Of a stretch of DNA of 6,501 bases, positions 6,288 to 6,501 are shown in pieces; position 1 is the first letter of the stretch, and each line of letters begins with the position of its first letter. The translations under genes and the position numbers were made by a program. The stretch comes from a virus (Duplodnaviria; Heunggongvirae; Uroviricota; Caudoviricetes): IMG/VR virus record IMGVR_UViG_2663762992_000004; one strand, given 5' to 3'. Under the pieces are notes generated by a model that ran no database searches, had not been told where the DNA came from, and worked only from the letters and a program-made list of their open reading frames with translations.

Positions 6288-6501
6288 CCTCGCCGCCGTA
6301 GCAATGCCACCTGCGCAAGTATGCTCCGCTCGTGAGCCTCGAAAGCTTCGCGCTTCAACGCAATCTCTTCCTGTAAAATCTCATCAGAAAAGTCGTAATG
6401 TTCTGCCATCGGGTCATCTGACTTGCTGGAGTGGTGNNGGCNNNGGNNGAAACCGGCGAAGAGCCGCAGACCACGCGAGTATTGCGGGTAAAACTGCAAA
6501 C
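6284..6501 (-). CDS. Hypothetical protein, 3' (C-terminal) part only; the gene probably continues beyond the window end
   Basis: Minus-strand ORF open to the window edge; the initial M in the supplied translation is probably an artefact of truncation. It contains ambiguous bases (N at 6437-6438, 6442-6444, 6447-6448). Its stop overlaps the stop of the + strand HTH gene (convergent, tail-to-tail). No recognisable domain in ...MAEHYDFSDEILQEEIALKREAFEAHERSILAQVALLRRRG. Confidence 0.35.
   Translation of the reverse strand, partial: LQFYPQYSRGLRLFAGFXXXXHHSSKSDDPMAEHYDFSDEILQEEIALKREAFEAHERSILAQVALLRRRG

Noticed and set aside
1-6501. Search for CRISPR arrays, tRNA/rRNA genes, integrase, att sites or insertion-sequence terminal inverted repeats
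   Set aside because: No spaced direct repeats, no tRNA-like cloverleaf-sized conserved segments, and no recombinase-like ORF were seen. The cargo cassettes are bounded by hairpins rather than transposon-like inverted repeats, so they are not called mobile elements.

Overview
This window reads as a phage or prophage DNA-replication module on the + strand: a complete family A DNA polymerase (97..2160), a VRR-NUC nuclease (3416..3700), an SNF2-family helicase (4696..6090) and a small HTH regulator (6087..6287). Two cargo cassettes with lower GC than the backbone sit inside it. The first (2225..2986, followed by an intrinsic terminator) encodes a two-domain protein with a C-terminal TIR-like domain. 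The second (3716..4633, strongly AT-rich, followed by a 12-bp perfect hairpin) encodes a protein with an N-terminal nucleoside 2-deoxyribosyltransferase-like/TIR-like domain and a ~190-aa C-terminal region I cannot assign. Both share a putative catalytic-Glu motif (R-x-N-V-x-x-E-x-G-M). I interpret them as candidate single-gene anti-phage defence (abortive infection / NADase-type) or counter-defence effectors; this is the most likely novel content. All domain assignments come from reading motifs by eye, with no profile or database search run. No tRNA, rRNA, CRISPR array, integrase or att site was seen. A short run of N bases (6437..6448) marks a low-quality patch near the 3' end.
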